Positions 51,208 to 63,635 are shown, counted from the whole stretch's first letter. The stretch is 63,844 bases of DNA, filler included, from Octopus bimaculoides (GCF_001194135.2; 5 parts of 5 records of this genome joined end to end with filler, not necessarily neighbours in it), one strand, 5' to 3'. Program-made: numbers and translations. Notes: generated by a model from the sequence alone, not told the origin.

Positions 51208-51332
51208 TATGAACTTCATTAGCTTACAGCTGTTTCTACTATAAAATACAGTGGGCTGATAATTGAGTGCCTGAATAACATCTCATTGCTTTACCGGAAT
51301 CTCGAAACAGCTGTAAGCCGATGAAGTTCATA
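51208..51332. repeat. Small inverted-repeat element whose 29-bp arms each carry GAAACAGCTGTA
   Basis: tatgaacttcattagcttacagctgtttc (51208-51236) vs gaaacagctgtaagccgatgaagttcata (51304-51332), 2 mismatches; internal CTGATAA at 51256. Confidence 0.85.
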
Positions 51333-51334
51333 TG

Positions 51335-51565
51335 TATTTCTTTATTGCCCACAGAGTGCTAAACATAGAAGGGACAAGCAAGGAAAATGAGATTAAGTCA
51401 ATTACATCGACCCCAGTGCGTAACTGGTACTTATTTAATCGACCCTGAAAAGGATGAAAAGCAAAGTCAACCTCGGCGGAATTCGAACTCAGAACGTAGC
51501 GGCAGAAGAAATACCGCTAAGTATTTCGCCCGGTGTGCTAACGATTCCGCCAGATCGCTGCCTTG
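51335..51565 (-). mobile_element. Meta-domain-type SINE
   Basis: Reverse complement of 37393-37625 with few differences. Confidence 0.9.
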
Positions 51566-51738
51566 TCATGAAGTTCATATGATAATCGTCTTGTCCTCTG
51601 TCATCTCTTTTCCTTATACGTATGTATATATACACATGTATGTAATCCGTCTAAGAATCCATAAGTCAGAAAAATTATGTACTTGTATATTTGTGAATGA
51701 AGTGATTATATGAATCGAAGTTAACAGTATTATATATC

Positions 51739-51907
51739 CATTACGGCCGATCTTACTAACTGCGTTCGCACCAGGGGTTCAACGGGATGTTCGATAGTAG
51801 TTTGATTACATAAGACTCTAAGGAGACCAGTGTTAAATAATCGGGTCGTTACCTAGCATCCTTTTCAACTCCTAGTGCGGAAACTCTAGGTAAGATCGAC
51901 CGTAATG
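51739..51907. repeat. MITE-like element with 18-bp terminal inverted repeats
   Basis: cattacggccgatcttac / gtaagatcgaccgtaatg, one mismatch. Confidence 0.6.
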
Positions 51908-52040
51908 AATATGTAATACTGTTCACTTCGATTAATACATATATATTACGGAGATGTACTTGCATAGTGAGTGACATGATCTGAGATCGTGTGCCGAAAC
52001 AAAAACAATTGCAGTGTGGAAGATGTTTGTAAGTTATTTA

Positions 52041-52211
52041 AGAACACACAAAAAACCATTAGATTCACTTCAACATTTAAATTTAATTTGTGCCAAAATA
52101 TTTTCGTCGCTTTGAATCTGCGACCTGTTCACTGACAAATCTTCATGCTGCATATTGAATTAAAATGTTACATTTAAATGTTGAAGTGAATTTAATGGTT
52201 TTGTGCGTTCT
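52041..52211. repeat. Inverted repeat with about 41-bp arms
   Basis: agaacacacaaaaaaccattagattcacttcaacatttaaat vs atttaaatgttgaagtgaatttaatggttttgtgcgttct. Confidence 0.8.
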
Positions 52212-53714
52212 NNNNNNNNNNNNNNNNNNNNNNNNNNNNNNNNNNNNNNNNNNNNNNNNNNNNNNNNNNNNNNNNNNNNNNNNNNNNNNNNNNNNNNNNN
52301 NNNNNNNNNNNNNNNNNNNNNNNNNNNNNNNNNNNNNNNNNNNNNNNNNNNNNNNNNNNNNNNNNNNNNNNNNNNNNNNNNNNNNNNNNNNNNNNNNNTA
52401 TATATATATAGATAGATAGATTCAGATGAATATAATACTTAAGTTGAGGCACCAGAATTTAATACGGTAGTATCCATACAATTTCATAATAAGGTGATTA
52501 AAAGCAAAATAAGCAACAAGGATTTCCAGAGGTAATGCAGTACGATCGCTTCACGCAACTCCATTTAATTGAACAATGCAATCGTTACATCAATTTAAAT
52601 GCAGAGCAATCCTCAGCTGCATAAAGACACAAAATTGAATTAAATTAAAACAGATAGACACATTAGTATAATTTTACCTAAAATCTCCAAGAAGGTAAGG
52701 AGATAGACAAAGAACATGCTGCCTTCACTTCAGCTTAGAAGCTACTAAGGTATCAGGAAGAAAGACTTGTTACAGATTTTGTTATCACTGTTTTATGGGG
52801 TCAGTTTTAATTTATAGACTAGTTTTATCAATTTTTTTTATATCTAAGATCGAGAGAACAAGGAGCAGTGTCTGTTAGGAATGAGGCTGAGGGAGTCGGC
52901 AGAAATCATAGTGGGTATAGTCATAAAAAACTATCAAGATTTATTAGAAGCAATATCATGAGATTTGTAAAGGAAAACTTAAATCAAGATATTAGCTGAC
53001 AATTAAGGGGGTCGGCCACTAGCAGACTATTGATAATGAAACAGGGGAAATCTTATCATGTAGTACTATAATTCAATATTTTAAACAATATTGCCATATT
53101 GTATAAAGTTAAAGTTTAGGGTTATTCAGAAGATTATTGAGAAGAATATTATATAAAAAAGGATAAAAAGCTTTTTTCTTTCTTGAATACTTTTGAGTAT
53201 ATACCAAACTTTTACCACAATAGAGGGAGGAAAATAAATTATCTAGAAATAGTTTAATATTTATACATATTATATACTTAAATACTAACTTATCAGATGG
53301 TATCTGTGAATATTGATCAATTGGTATATTCTAGTATTTAATAAAGGAGTACTGAGCTAAAAGAACATGCTAACTTTATATTAATTAAAATTATAATCTA
53401 AGCACTTTAGCTTACGTATTGAATATACCAGTATAAGTATGAATTTATAGAGGTACAAACATTAGATTAATTTTATAAACAAATAAAGGCTATTATAAAA
53501 TAATAATAAAAATAATCAGGTAGGAGAGAACAGCACCATTCCTAACAGACATTGCTCCTTGTTCTCTCGGCCTTAGATATACAAAGATTTGATAAAACTA
53601 GTCTCTAAATTAAAACTGACCCATAAAACAATGACAAGCAAAATCTGTAACAAGTCTTTCTTCTTGATACCTTAGTAACTTCCAGATACCCAGCGTTGCT
53701 CGGGATTAAAATGG

Positions 53715-54320
53715 CAATTTTTTTGTTGTTGCTGTACTTGTTTCGGTCATGTGAGTGCTGCCATGCTGGTGTACCGCCTTTAGTCGAAAACATCGACCGC
53801 AGGATTTATTCTTTGTAAGTCTTGTACTTCACTGCATGCTTTTTCTAACCTAGTATCATCAGCTTACTTTGTCAGATTCATCCTCTTCTTTATTGGTATC
53901 AGATTTGCTGGCACTTCTTCGTTTGATTGCACAAGTTTGCTATATTGCTCTGTAACAGTATTCCTGATATTTTTAATATAAATGAATGGAAATCATTGTT
54001 TTAACATCCACTTTTCCATGCTCACATGGGTCTGAAAGTTTATTCAGTCAGATTTCCTGCAGCTGCATGTCCTTCCTGTTGCCAAATATTACCTTTTTCC
54101 AAGCAAGGTAATATTTCCCCATGGCCAGACATTTATCTTTTCTTTCGCATAATTGTTTCACATTTTGACACAAGGCCAGCAAATTTTAAGGATGGGGCCA
54201 AGTCAGTTACGTTCACCCTCCAAAATTCTATTGGTTTATTTTTCCAAACGGCTCAGTTACAGGGACGTAAACATAGCAACATCGGTTGTCAAGCGATAGT
54301 GGGTGTACAAACACAGATAT
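53715..54320 (-). mobile_element. Two OR-type SINE fragments (53715-53829 and about 54165-54320) separated by unrelated sequence
   Basis: Both match parts of the standard SINE tail on the minus strand. Confidence 0.7.
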
Positions 54321-54399
54321 ATACAGAAATATATACATATATATAAATATTTATATACATATGTATACATATATATACATATGTATATATATACATATA

Positions 54400-54502
<103 letters not shown>

Positions 54503-54569
54503 TTATATACACGTAGATGTATATACATACATATATATATGTATATATACATATATATATATATACAAC

Positions 54570-54710
54570 TGTCTCTCACTCTTTCTACCTGTTTCTCTTG
54601 TACCTGTATTTCAATCTGCCTCAGTGTCCATGGAGTGCTCAGCCACTTGCACGTTAATTTTCCGAGCAGGCTGTTACGTTGACTGGATCAACTGGGACCC
54701 TCGTCGTATA
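54570..54710 (+). mobile_element. OK-type SINE 3' fragment
   Basis: ggagtgctcagccacttgcacgttaattt...ggatcaactgg matches 22955-23020. Confidence 0.8.
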
Positions 54711-55073
54711 TATATATATATATATCTGAGCGAGATATAACTAGTAACAATACGGAATCGTAGCATATAATTGCCAAGTGTTGTGTCCTATACAGGACAG
54801 TGATACTGACGTTTATAGTCCTAGGAAGACATCTCTTCCAGCTGGCTAACGACATACATTGTGTGTGCGATTAGTATCCACGAGGAGAGGTCATCGCTCT
54901 CATCCCTAGCCTTATGTGATACACACGGAATCGAGTTTCTGGGTGGTTACCTGTCCTCAGCGTGTGTTAATCCCCAGCCAGTGATGAAAACTCACACCAC
55001 TCGAATATACTATATGCTTTTTCCAGCAACAAACCGTCGCTGATCTAAGGAAAAATAAGCTATTTTAAATCTT

Positions 55074-55632
55074 TGACTTTATTACGCATGCTAGCCACCG
55101 GTATGAAAAATTTTCTAAATTTCCTACTCTTATTATTTTCACAGTAAAATTTTCGTAGTTTCAAAGCCTTTCTGGGGCGCAGTTTTAATTTTTTTATTAT
55201 TATTTGCTGCCGGATGTAACTGCACTTGCGCGGTGGATTTGAAAATTATAATGTGTAAGTATGTAGCATGTGTATTTTCGGTGCTATTTGCTGCATAAAT
55301 ATACATTCATTTTAGCGCATTCACTGAAGAAGTACGGATGGCAAATTAATTTATTTTGCACATTGATACAGAAACTCGAGTCTGAGGGTAACTACAAAAA
55401 TATTTTTTAAATTTTCATTCCTTTTGAAATTGCTCTTATTCGTGGTTTGGGCTTTAACTGCCCTTTCTAGTTGTAAGATGTCCTGTTAAAGGTCACCTCT
55501 ATCGTGTATAAATACGTAAATTGTTTATAAACTATTATATAGGAAAATATGTTGTCTACTGACTTTATTACGCATGCTAGCCATCAGTATGAAAATTTTC
55601 CTGAATTTCCTACCCTTATTATTTTCACAGTA
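55074..55632. repeat. About 73-bp direct repeat (55074-55146 and 55560-55632)
   Basis: gactttattacgcatgctagcca...tattattttcacagta occurs twice. Confidence 0.85.
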
Positions 55633-55645
55633 TATATGTATACAC

Positions 55646-55697
<52 letters not shown>

Positions 55698-55896
55698 ACA
55701 CACACAAGTATATATATACATACATATGTATACATATATATATATGCATACATACATATGTATACATATATATACATACATACATATGTATACATATATA
55801 TATACATATGTATATGTACATATATAAGTATGTAAATATACAAATATATACANNNNNNNNNNNNNNNNNNNNNNNNNNNNNNNNNNNNNNNNNNNN

Positions 55897-55908
55897 TTAA
55901 TTAATTAA
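55897..55908. other. Assembly join spacer TTAATTAATTAA
   Basis: Centre of a 44N-12-44N spacer. Confidence 0.9.
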
Positions 55909-55989
55909 NNNNNNNNNNNNNNNNNNNNNNNNNNNNNNNNNNNNNNNNNNNNTATATATATATATATTTATATATATATATATATATTT

Positions 55990-56445
55990 GCAAGACACAA
56001 CCACCTGAGGAATTTTCTCCAGGCTCGAACTTTCACAGCACTGGCTATAATATCAAACTTCACTCAAAAGTGATGCACTGCGCCAAGCCCCAAGGCAAGC
56101 ACCGCATCGTTACTACCGCATCGCAACAACCAACTATGACAGATACGTTCCTCAAGAAAGTGGAAAACGCCCTTCTTGCAGACCCACCAGAATACAATGT
56201 TCAGAACAGATGGAGGTTTTTCAGGAATATTATCCAGAGCACTGCACTGTGACCTTTGGAAGCAGGAGGAAAACGACACATAACTGGTTTGAGACAAATG
56301 TGAGCGAACTTGACACCCCCAACAGTCACAAGAGCACGAGGACGACCTCATCTCCGCTTCATAGGTGTCTGTAAGAGAGATATGAAGCGCTTGATGTGGG
56401 CGTCCTTAATTGGGAAGAGGTCGCATATGATAGTCCACACTGACG
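55990..56445 (+). mobile_element. RTE-type LINE remnant with a large internal deletion
   Basis: HCAKPQGKHRI...RWRFFRNIIQSTA...NWFETN (post-endonuclease region) joined to RARGRPHLRF..VCKRDMK (extreme C-terminus). Confidence 0.75.
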
Positions 56446-57767
56446 GTAAATATACATCCATATATGTTAACGGTTATTTTTAATACCTTTCTCACTCGAT
56501 TGTGTGTTCGTTTCTCTTTTTGTCATCTGTGATTTTATTTTTGGTCTTTTATGTAGATGAAGATATTTCCCCTGTCTGTCTGCGTTTCTTTCTACAAAAC
56601 AAAGTTACATTGCGGAACAATCATTTTAAAGAGTTGTATATATTTATCTCCCGACCAGATACATCTGCACCACCGGATGCTCCTGAACCAGCTGTTGAGT
56701 GTTCCACTCAAGAGGAATCGTTGCTCGATGTGTAGAAAACTTGTCGTGATTTATTATAAATTCTCGTATATTCCATCTTCTGTCTTTCATGTGCTATGTA
56801 TATGTATATATATATATAATACAAAGAATATATATACATGTATACACACATATATGTACATACTTACATCTACATGTGTATATACATGCATATCAGGGTA
56901 CAGGACGTTAGAACAATAAACTACAGACAACGGAACGAACACATAGGAAAACGGAAAGCCCCTTGGAATATCCCTTCATCAGCTGTCTCTATTCTATCTA
57001 GACGTTTCGAAGACCAGATAAATAAATGATAATGAAACGATTCGATTACACCTGTATATATAAGCATATGATAAACAAGAATGATTATAAATCTATACAG
57101 TTACACGCGCAGAGAAACATTCACGTACAGTGACGTTTGTTCATACGCAGATGAATGTATACTTGTACATATATTCCTAGATACACACGTAAAAATATAC
57201 GATCACAAACAATAAACAGAGAAACACAAGCACTGAAATAGACCGAGCGAAAACGAACATATGGAACATCAACATACATTTTAACACATTCTCAAAAACA
57301 ACAGTCGTAGCATACACAGATTTATCAGAGACACACATAAGCACACGGTTAACTAGAACGATAGCTATAGCGATAATGTAATATGTCTCCAATTACACGT
57401 TTAAATCAATTTTCTCGCCAGGCCTGGGAAAATGATACTGGAACAAAATATCACATCGTTAGCATCCGATTGTTTTCAGAGAATGTTAATTTGTAAAGTC
57501 AATTACAGAATGGTGTATCTAATGCTGGAATTGAAAGCCGTTATGTACCAATATTTTTAATGATTCAATAAGCCGAAAATTAACTAGTGCTGACACAAAT
57601 TACACTTTAATTAACCTTTGCGAAATTTCATATCAAAATTGTTTTCCACGTATATGTGTCTGTGTATGTATGTGTGTATGTGTGTATGTGTGTGTGTGCG
57701 TGTGTAATTGTGTGTGTGTATGTGTGTGTGTTTGTGCGTCGACCATGCTTATGTATGTATGCCTGCA

Positions 57768-57799
<32 letters not shown>

Positions 57800-58879
57800 N
57801 NNNNNNNNNNNNNNNNNNNNNNNNNNNNNNNNNNNNNNNNNNNNNNNNNNNNNNNNNNNNNNNNNNNNNNNNNNNNNNNNNNNNNNNNNNNNNNNNNNNN
57901 NNNNNNNNNNNNNNNNNNNNNNNNNNNNNNNNNNNNNNNNNNNNNNNNNNNNNNNNNNNNNNNNNNNNNNNNNNNNNNNNNNNNNNNNNNNNNNNNNNNN
58001 NNNNNNNNNNNNNNNNNNNNNNNNNNNNNNNNNNNNNNNNNNNNNNNNNNNNNNNNNNNNNNNNNNNNNNNNNNNNNNNNNNNNNNNNNNNNNNNNNNNN
58101 NNNNNNNNNNNNNNNNNNNNNNNNNNNNNNNNNNNNNNNNNNNNNNNNNNNNNNNNNNNNNNNNNNNNNNNNNNNNNNNNNNNNNNNNNNNNNNNNNNNN
58201 NNNNNNNNNNNNNNNNNNNNNNNNNNNNNNNNNNNNNNNNNNNNNNNNNNNNNNNNNNNNNNNNNNNNNNNNNNNNNNNNNNNNNNNNNNNNNNTATATG
58301 TATATATGAGAGTGTTTGTGTGCTTGCAAATCTATCTGTGGATCAGTGGGTAGGTATGTAGTATGTTCAGGTATATATATTATAGCTGCATATTCTATAT
58401 CATTGTATACATTATTTCAGCTAAATTAATTACAATATATTCGTTATTTGTTGTTTCTTAATTATTCTATTCACATATTAGATAGCAGCCATGTTCGGTT
58501 AATTAGAAAAGCTAAATTCTCAATATTTAATTAGTATTTAACCCTTTCCAGTCTGTATTTGTTCAACTTATTGATTTTATACTCATTTCATATTTGTTTA
58601 TTTTGAGAAATATTGTTCCCGTTGTTTTTGGCTGCATCTCCAACATCGGAAATGTGTCGATATCGTGATTGTTGCACTTGCTGGCGTTAGGTTTGTGTTG
58701 ATGCTTCCTGGTGAATAAGTTGTCTTATGTTGTTTATCACGAATGCTGTTATGACTGAAGCGGAATTTGGAGAATTTTTCGAATGATAATATTATATAGA
58801 TATTACAGAGTCATTATTTACACATTAAAGTAATCCCGAAAATAGATTTCTACGTTGTGCTACAAGCAGATATTTATGC

Positions 58880-59070
58880 GAAGGAGCTTAGTCCATTATA
58901 TTGGTCCATTGCCTAACTGGTACTTATTTACCGAGACCGAAAGAGAGGAAAGCAAATCAACATCGGTTGAATCTGAAGTCAAAATGTAAAGCCGGACGGA
59001 ATGCCACTAAGCATTTCGTTATCCGTTTTAACGATTCTACCAGCTCACCGCACTAGCAATCGAACACTTG
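58880..59070 (-). mobile_element. Old Meta-domain-type SINE
   Basis: aactggtacttattt...gaaagcaaatcaacatcgg...ttaacgattctaccagctcaccgc matches the reverse complement of 37393-37560. Confidence 0.7.
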
Positions 59071-60829
59071 TGACTATCTAACGTTTCTGCATCCCCCATA
59101 GTAAAATATCAGTTTAGAACATAAACCCGGACGACATGCAAAAGATTCTCTCTGCACACCACGTTAAATTACCCATAAATCTGAAAGAGACGAATTCAGC
59201 ACGGATGCAAAAACACTAAAGAATGCACAACCTGACAAAATCTTCATGTTAACAAGTGTGGAAGCTTCTTGCGAATGCATTATATATTTATGTATAATAA
59301 AAGGCATAACGAATAAAACGATATAAAACAATCCTGATGGATTGAAACTAAATAGGACATTTATATGGTCCTTCAAATTTATTTAAAATGGACACTTTCA
59401 GAAAGCGAATGAAAATAAAGGGTGGTGGGTGAGTCTTTAGTAAAGGCTGTGAGTAAGGCAAGTAAAACTAATAATGAAGTTAGACAGCTTTAACTATATT
59501 CAGAAGAAATGTGAACTAGAACGCCATAACCCAAAATATCATGGAATTGAGATTTGATTTTCACTTAGCAGTTCGACATCTATGGTTTCTTTATTTTAAA
59601 AATTGCGATCATTAATACCAAGTCATATGCAATTTGATGCGTATATTGCTCTTACGGATGTATATATGTCACAATTGCATCAGAACTGAATTAAGGTGCT
59701 TCTGCTGTAGAACGATTCTATTTTAAGTTGCAGGTAAATGGAGTTTCGTATTCGAAAATTGTTAGGAAACCCGTCGTACAAATGTATGTGTATCAGATTC
59801 GTACCTGTGTGTGATCAGCCACCACTGATCGTTTAATCAACCGTAGTTCTTTTATTTATGTCTACGTAACCTAGCGCATCAACAAAAGGAATTAATAGAA
59901 TCAAGAGAAAACGCAAAGAAATAAATAGTCGATCAATATGTTCAACTAAATCCACCGCTCTGACCAATGTCCTAAGATGTCCAAAGTGTACTGATAGAAA
60001 GAAATGTAGGAAGAGACGAACATATAAAATATGAGCAAATCATTTAATGAACAAGATGACGGCTCTAATTACTGAAAAAAGTAAAAATCAGCAATAAAAA
60101 ATATCTGTAAAACCTACAGACAATTATAAGCCATGTTCTGCCCTGTCGGCAGTTATTGTAAATAAAAGAAATGACTTGGAGATAAGACATAGGTCATGGT
60201 GTGGTTAGAATTTACAATTTTAAGACAAAGAAAAACAAATGCGATGTAGAGAATATGCGTTTTATTATTCTTACTCATTACAAATGTCCTAACTATTGTT
60301 TGGTATAGGTAGCCGTATATTTTCGCCATTTAGCGCTAATTTGAAATTTTTAGTATAACATAACCCTTGGCAGATATGTTCTATTAAAGTAATCATTTTA
60401 CCTGACTGTTGAGAAAGCAATTTTTTTCTTGGCACTTGCTCATAGATCGTTGATAGTTCAGTAAGTGAGAAAGAGAGAAAAATTAACTCATTCAAAGAGA
60501 ATTTCTACTTTGATTAAATGTCCATAAATTTAATTTCTATAACCAACTTGACTACAATACAAACGATTTAGAGAAACTATTTTTGGTGTCATCATTCCGG
60601 GTGTAGATAATATATTTCAGCCATTAAATATTAATCCAGAGTTATTTGTACTTCGTTGGTGTTAGCATATGTGATCGGTATTGTACACCATCTGTTCCAA
60701 GATGAAATTCCGTCACAATCAAATTTTAAATCCAGGGATCTGTTACCTAGTTTAGATTGTATGTTGTTGTTGAATGATACAAAACTAAGACAGAAATAAT
60801 GGGTTACATGCAAGTATTCATTTATCAGA

Positions 60830-60919
60830 GGCTTACAGCTGTTTCAGATCTTCATTTGCGTGGATTCGTGGTTCAGTCATACAAAACATATGGAACCGGC
60901 ACACGGCTTTATCAGAACC
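60830..60919 (-). ncRNA. Hammerhead-like motif with CUGAUAA core variant and long stem II
   Basis: Minus strand: GGTT-CTGATAA-[...GGTTCCATAT gtttt GTATGactGAACC...]-GAAA-CAGCTG-TA-AGCC. Confidence 0.55.
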
Positions 60920-60978
60920 GCATTAAACCAACTCATATATATATACATAAATATGAGTGTCCGCGTCCGTGTCTGTGT

Positions 60979-61047
<69 letters not shown>

Positions 61048-62043
61048 TGTGTGTGAATGTGTGTGTGTATGTGTGTGTGTGCGTATGTTTGAATACGTAT
61101 CTATAGAAGTACGTATTTGTACGAGAGATATATATAGCGCCACGTCTCCATACATATACTGTGTTCTGATGAATTTCTCTGAATGTCTTTACGTATGTAA
61201 TTATTGTATCTTAGGTCGACTACCATTCTTGAAATACCACACTTCTTAGATCAAGAGATAAGATGTCCTTCTGTGTATATACATGTGTGTGTATGTGTGT
61301 GTGTGTGTGTTAGTTAAACACAAGTTTTTAGAATGCTTCTTAAGCGCGTTTCATCATCAGATCGTATATGTGTACGTATGTTTGTATGTATGTATATATT
61401 TCCTTAGTTTTGAATCGCGAAGAAATGATAAAAATGGCTTCATTGTGAAGAGTTTGAACTTTGCAGGTTTTTTAGTAATGGTTTAGCGAAAATAAATCAT
61501 ATATACTCAAGTATTGATTAGTATTATGGGAAACGCTCACACACATGATCTTTTATAATTCATAAATATTGTAAAATAAATACTCACTGTTATGTTTATA
61601 CATCAATATACGTTCAATGTAAATAACTCATCTTTTGTTTGCATACAAAACTGAACGTGTCACTTTCTATTTATTCTGCTTGTTTGAGTTTGTGTCCGTT
61701 TCTGTCCGTTTCTGTCCGTTTGGCAGTGTGTAACGTGAAATATCTCTCTGCGTCTGTTAGTGATACTAAAAACATATAAGTTAAAATCAGTCTCGAAAAT
61801 ACAAGACAGAAAACGATGTCCAATCGTATGGAATCGGGACATGTACAAGCTATGTCAGTAAACGGGGAACTTTGCATTTCTTATGACAACAAAAAAATAT
61901 CTCGTCTCATTGAAGTGATTCACTTGAATTACGTATATATTTACATGTATATGTGTGCATGTGTATGTATATATGCGTGTATTTATGTATGTATGTATGT
62001 ATTTTTGTACGTATATATACGTGCATGCATGTACATATATATG

Positions 62044-62074
<31 letters not shown>

Positions 62075-62081
62075 TCATATA

Positions 62082-62138
<57 letters not shown>

Positions 62139-62598
62139 ATGTATGTATGTATGTATGTATATATATATATATATATATATATGAATATATATATATATTT
62201 ATATATATATATACATATATATATATATAAGATATATATGTGTGTGTGTGTGTGAGTATGTATATATTATATCGGAAATGTTTACTGTCATTCAGTATTC
62301 GAGGAGTGAAGCAGAAGCCGTACTAAGAGCGCGGGTTGAAACACAAACAAACGTATATACATCCATGAATACACTCAGATTTGTTTGCATGTGTGATCAT
62401 GTTCATGCATCTAAATAGGCGTAGAAACAGATCACATAAGCATACACTTACTCAATCAACCTAGTACACATAATAACACAAATACACAAACACGCGCATA
62501 TACATATATATAGAGAAACATACTAAACAAGATGGATGGATAGATAGATAGATAGATAGACAGACAGACTGACAGACAGATTGGTAGACATATATATA

Positions 62599-62635
<37 letters not shown>

Positions 62636-62679
62636 NNNNNNNNNNNNNNNNNNNNNNNNNNNNNNNNNNNNNNNNNNNN

Positions 62680-62691
62680 TTAATTAATTAA
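62680..62691. other. Assembly join spacer TTAATTAATTAA
   Basis: Centre of a 44N-12-44N spacer. Confidence 0.9.
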
Positions 62692-62883
62692 NNNNNNNNN
62701 NNNNNNNNNNNNNNNNNNNNNNNNNNNNNNNNNNNGTGTTTCGTTAAGAAAACAAGTGTTGCCCGTCAAACCAAAAAGATCCGGAGTGTTTACAGTTGAC
62801 AAGATAACACGTGCTCGCGGAAAATAACGAAGGTAATGGCAGTTCTTTGGCAATTCTGAGACGGAATACGAGTGAATACCCGT

Positions 62884-63050
62884 GGTAATTGTTCAGTATG
62901 GTTGTATTAAAAAAAAGTTAATAAGAATTAAGGGGGAGATAAGTAGTAAAAATAAACAACTTTTTCATAACACTGGCATCCCGCCAGAGAGAGAACAAAT
63001 GTGTTCTTTTCATCCGTAGAATTACGCCATAACCATACTGAAAAATTACT
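62884..63050. repeat. MITE-like element with 21-bp GG-starting inverted repeats
   Basis: ggtaattgttcagtatggttg vs taaccatactgaaaaattact (3 mismatches); no TSD found. Confidence 0.55.
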
Positions 63051-63052
63051 CT

Positions 63053-63635
63053 AGTCTTTCGTTACGGTTCATTTTTTTTTGAGAGAAGTCATATTTCTTT
63101 GCTCAAAATCATTTTAATTGTTGGGCACGAGATATGTCTCATGATATTTATGCACGTGTCTTCCGTCAGGAATCAAACTACAGTCGTGGATTAGTGTAAC
63201 TTCTGTTGGGAAGTATGTGATGTTTGGCTCCAACAGAATCTCATAGAAATCGACGGTTTGGATGCTAATGGACAGCCATTTGTTGTAGAAATTAACGAGG
63301 TAAATTTTCAGATTAACATCCGCACGATCTTCACTAGGGTGTTAGGGTTAGGGTTTTAGGGTCAGGGTTAGGGTTAGTTTTAGGGTTAGGGTTTAGGATT
63401 ACGGCTAGGGTTAGGTACGGAATTCCCTAACCCTAAAACCCTAACCCTGACCCTAACACCCTAGTGAAAATCGTACAGGTGTTAATCTGGAAATTTACCA
63501 TTAACGAAAGGTTCTTTCATCGTAAGTATTACCGAAGTGAGTGACACCCTGGCCATTGAGTTTTCGGCAGCATAGAGAGAGTCTCTAAAAAGTGTTTTTT
63601 GGCGAAGAACCTGTAGTGAAACTACCTCTCTCACG
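63053..63635 (+). pseudogene. Merlin (ISXO2/IS1595-like) DDE transposase remnant
   Basis: Frames give YGSFFERSHISLLKII..CWARDM, TTVVD*CNFCWEVCDVWLQQNLIEIDGLDANGQPFVVEINE|RFFHRKYY...GH*VFGSIERVSKKCF, the Merlin VEIDES.F.KRKY.RG...WVFG.IER signature. Confidence 0.88.
63299..63499. mobile_element. Palindromic MITE built from telomeric (TTAGGG)n arrays, 8-bp TSD (Merlin-like)
   Basis: About 40-bp unique TIR GGTAAATT(T/C)CAGATTAACA... plus TTAGGG-like units on the left and CCCTAA-like units on the right; ATTAACGA duplicated at 63291-63298 and 63500-63507. Confidence 0.92.

Noticed and set aside
53830-54224. 395-bp insertion splitting one SINE, with a hammerhead-like end at 53834-53862
   Set aside because: No TSD; the right-hand piece can be read as a separate SINE with its own tail; the motif lacks stem I and a UH site.
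59164-59376. Hydrophobic minus-strand ORF as an exon of a membrane protein
   Set aside because: A GT donor is present, but the acceptor is weak and there is no recognisable homology or partner exon.
61400-61425. CTGATGA-T-GAAACGCG on the minus strand as a hammerhead
   Set aside because: Stem II is absent and there is no proper U16.1-H17 or stem I.
63335-63465. True chromosome end or telomere fusion site
   Set aside because: The arrays are short, enclosed by unique TIRs and an 8-bp TSD inside a transposase remnant, so this is an insertion.
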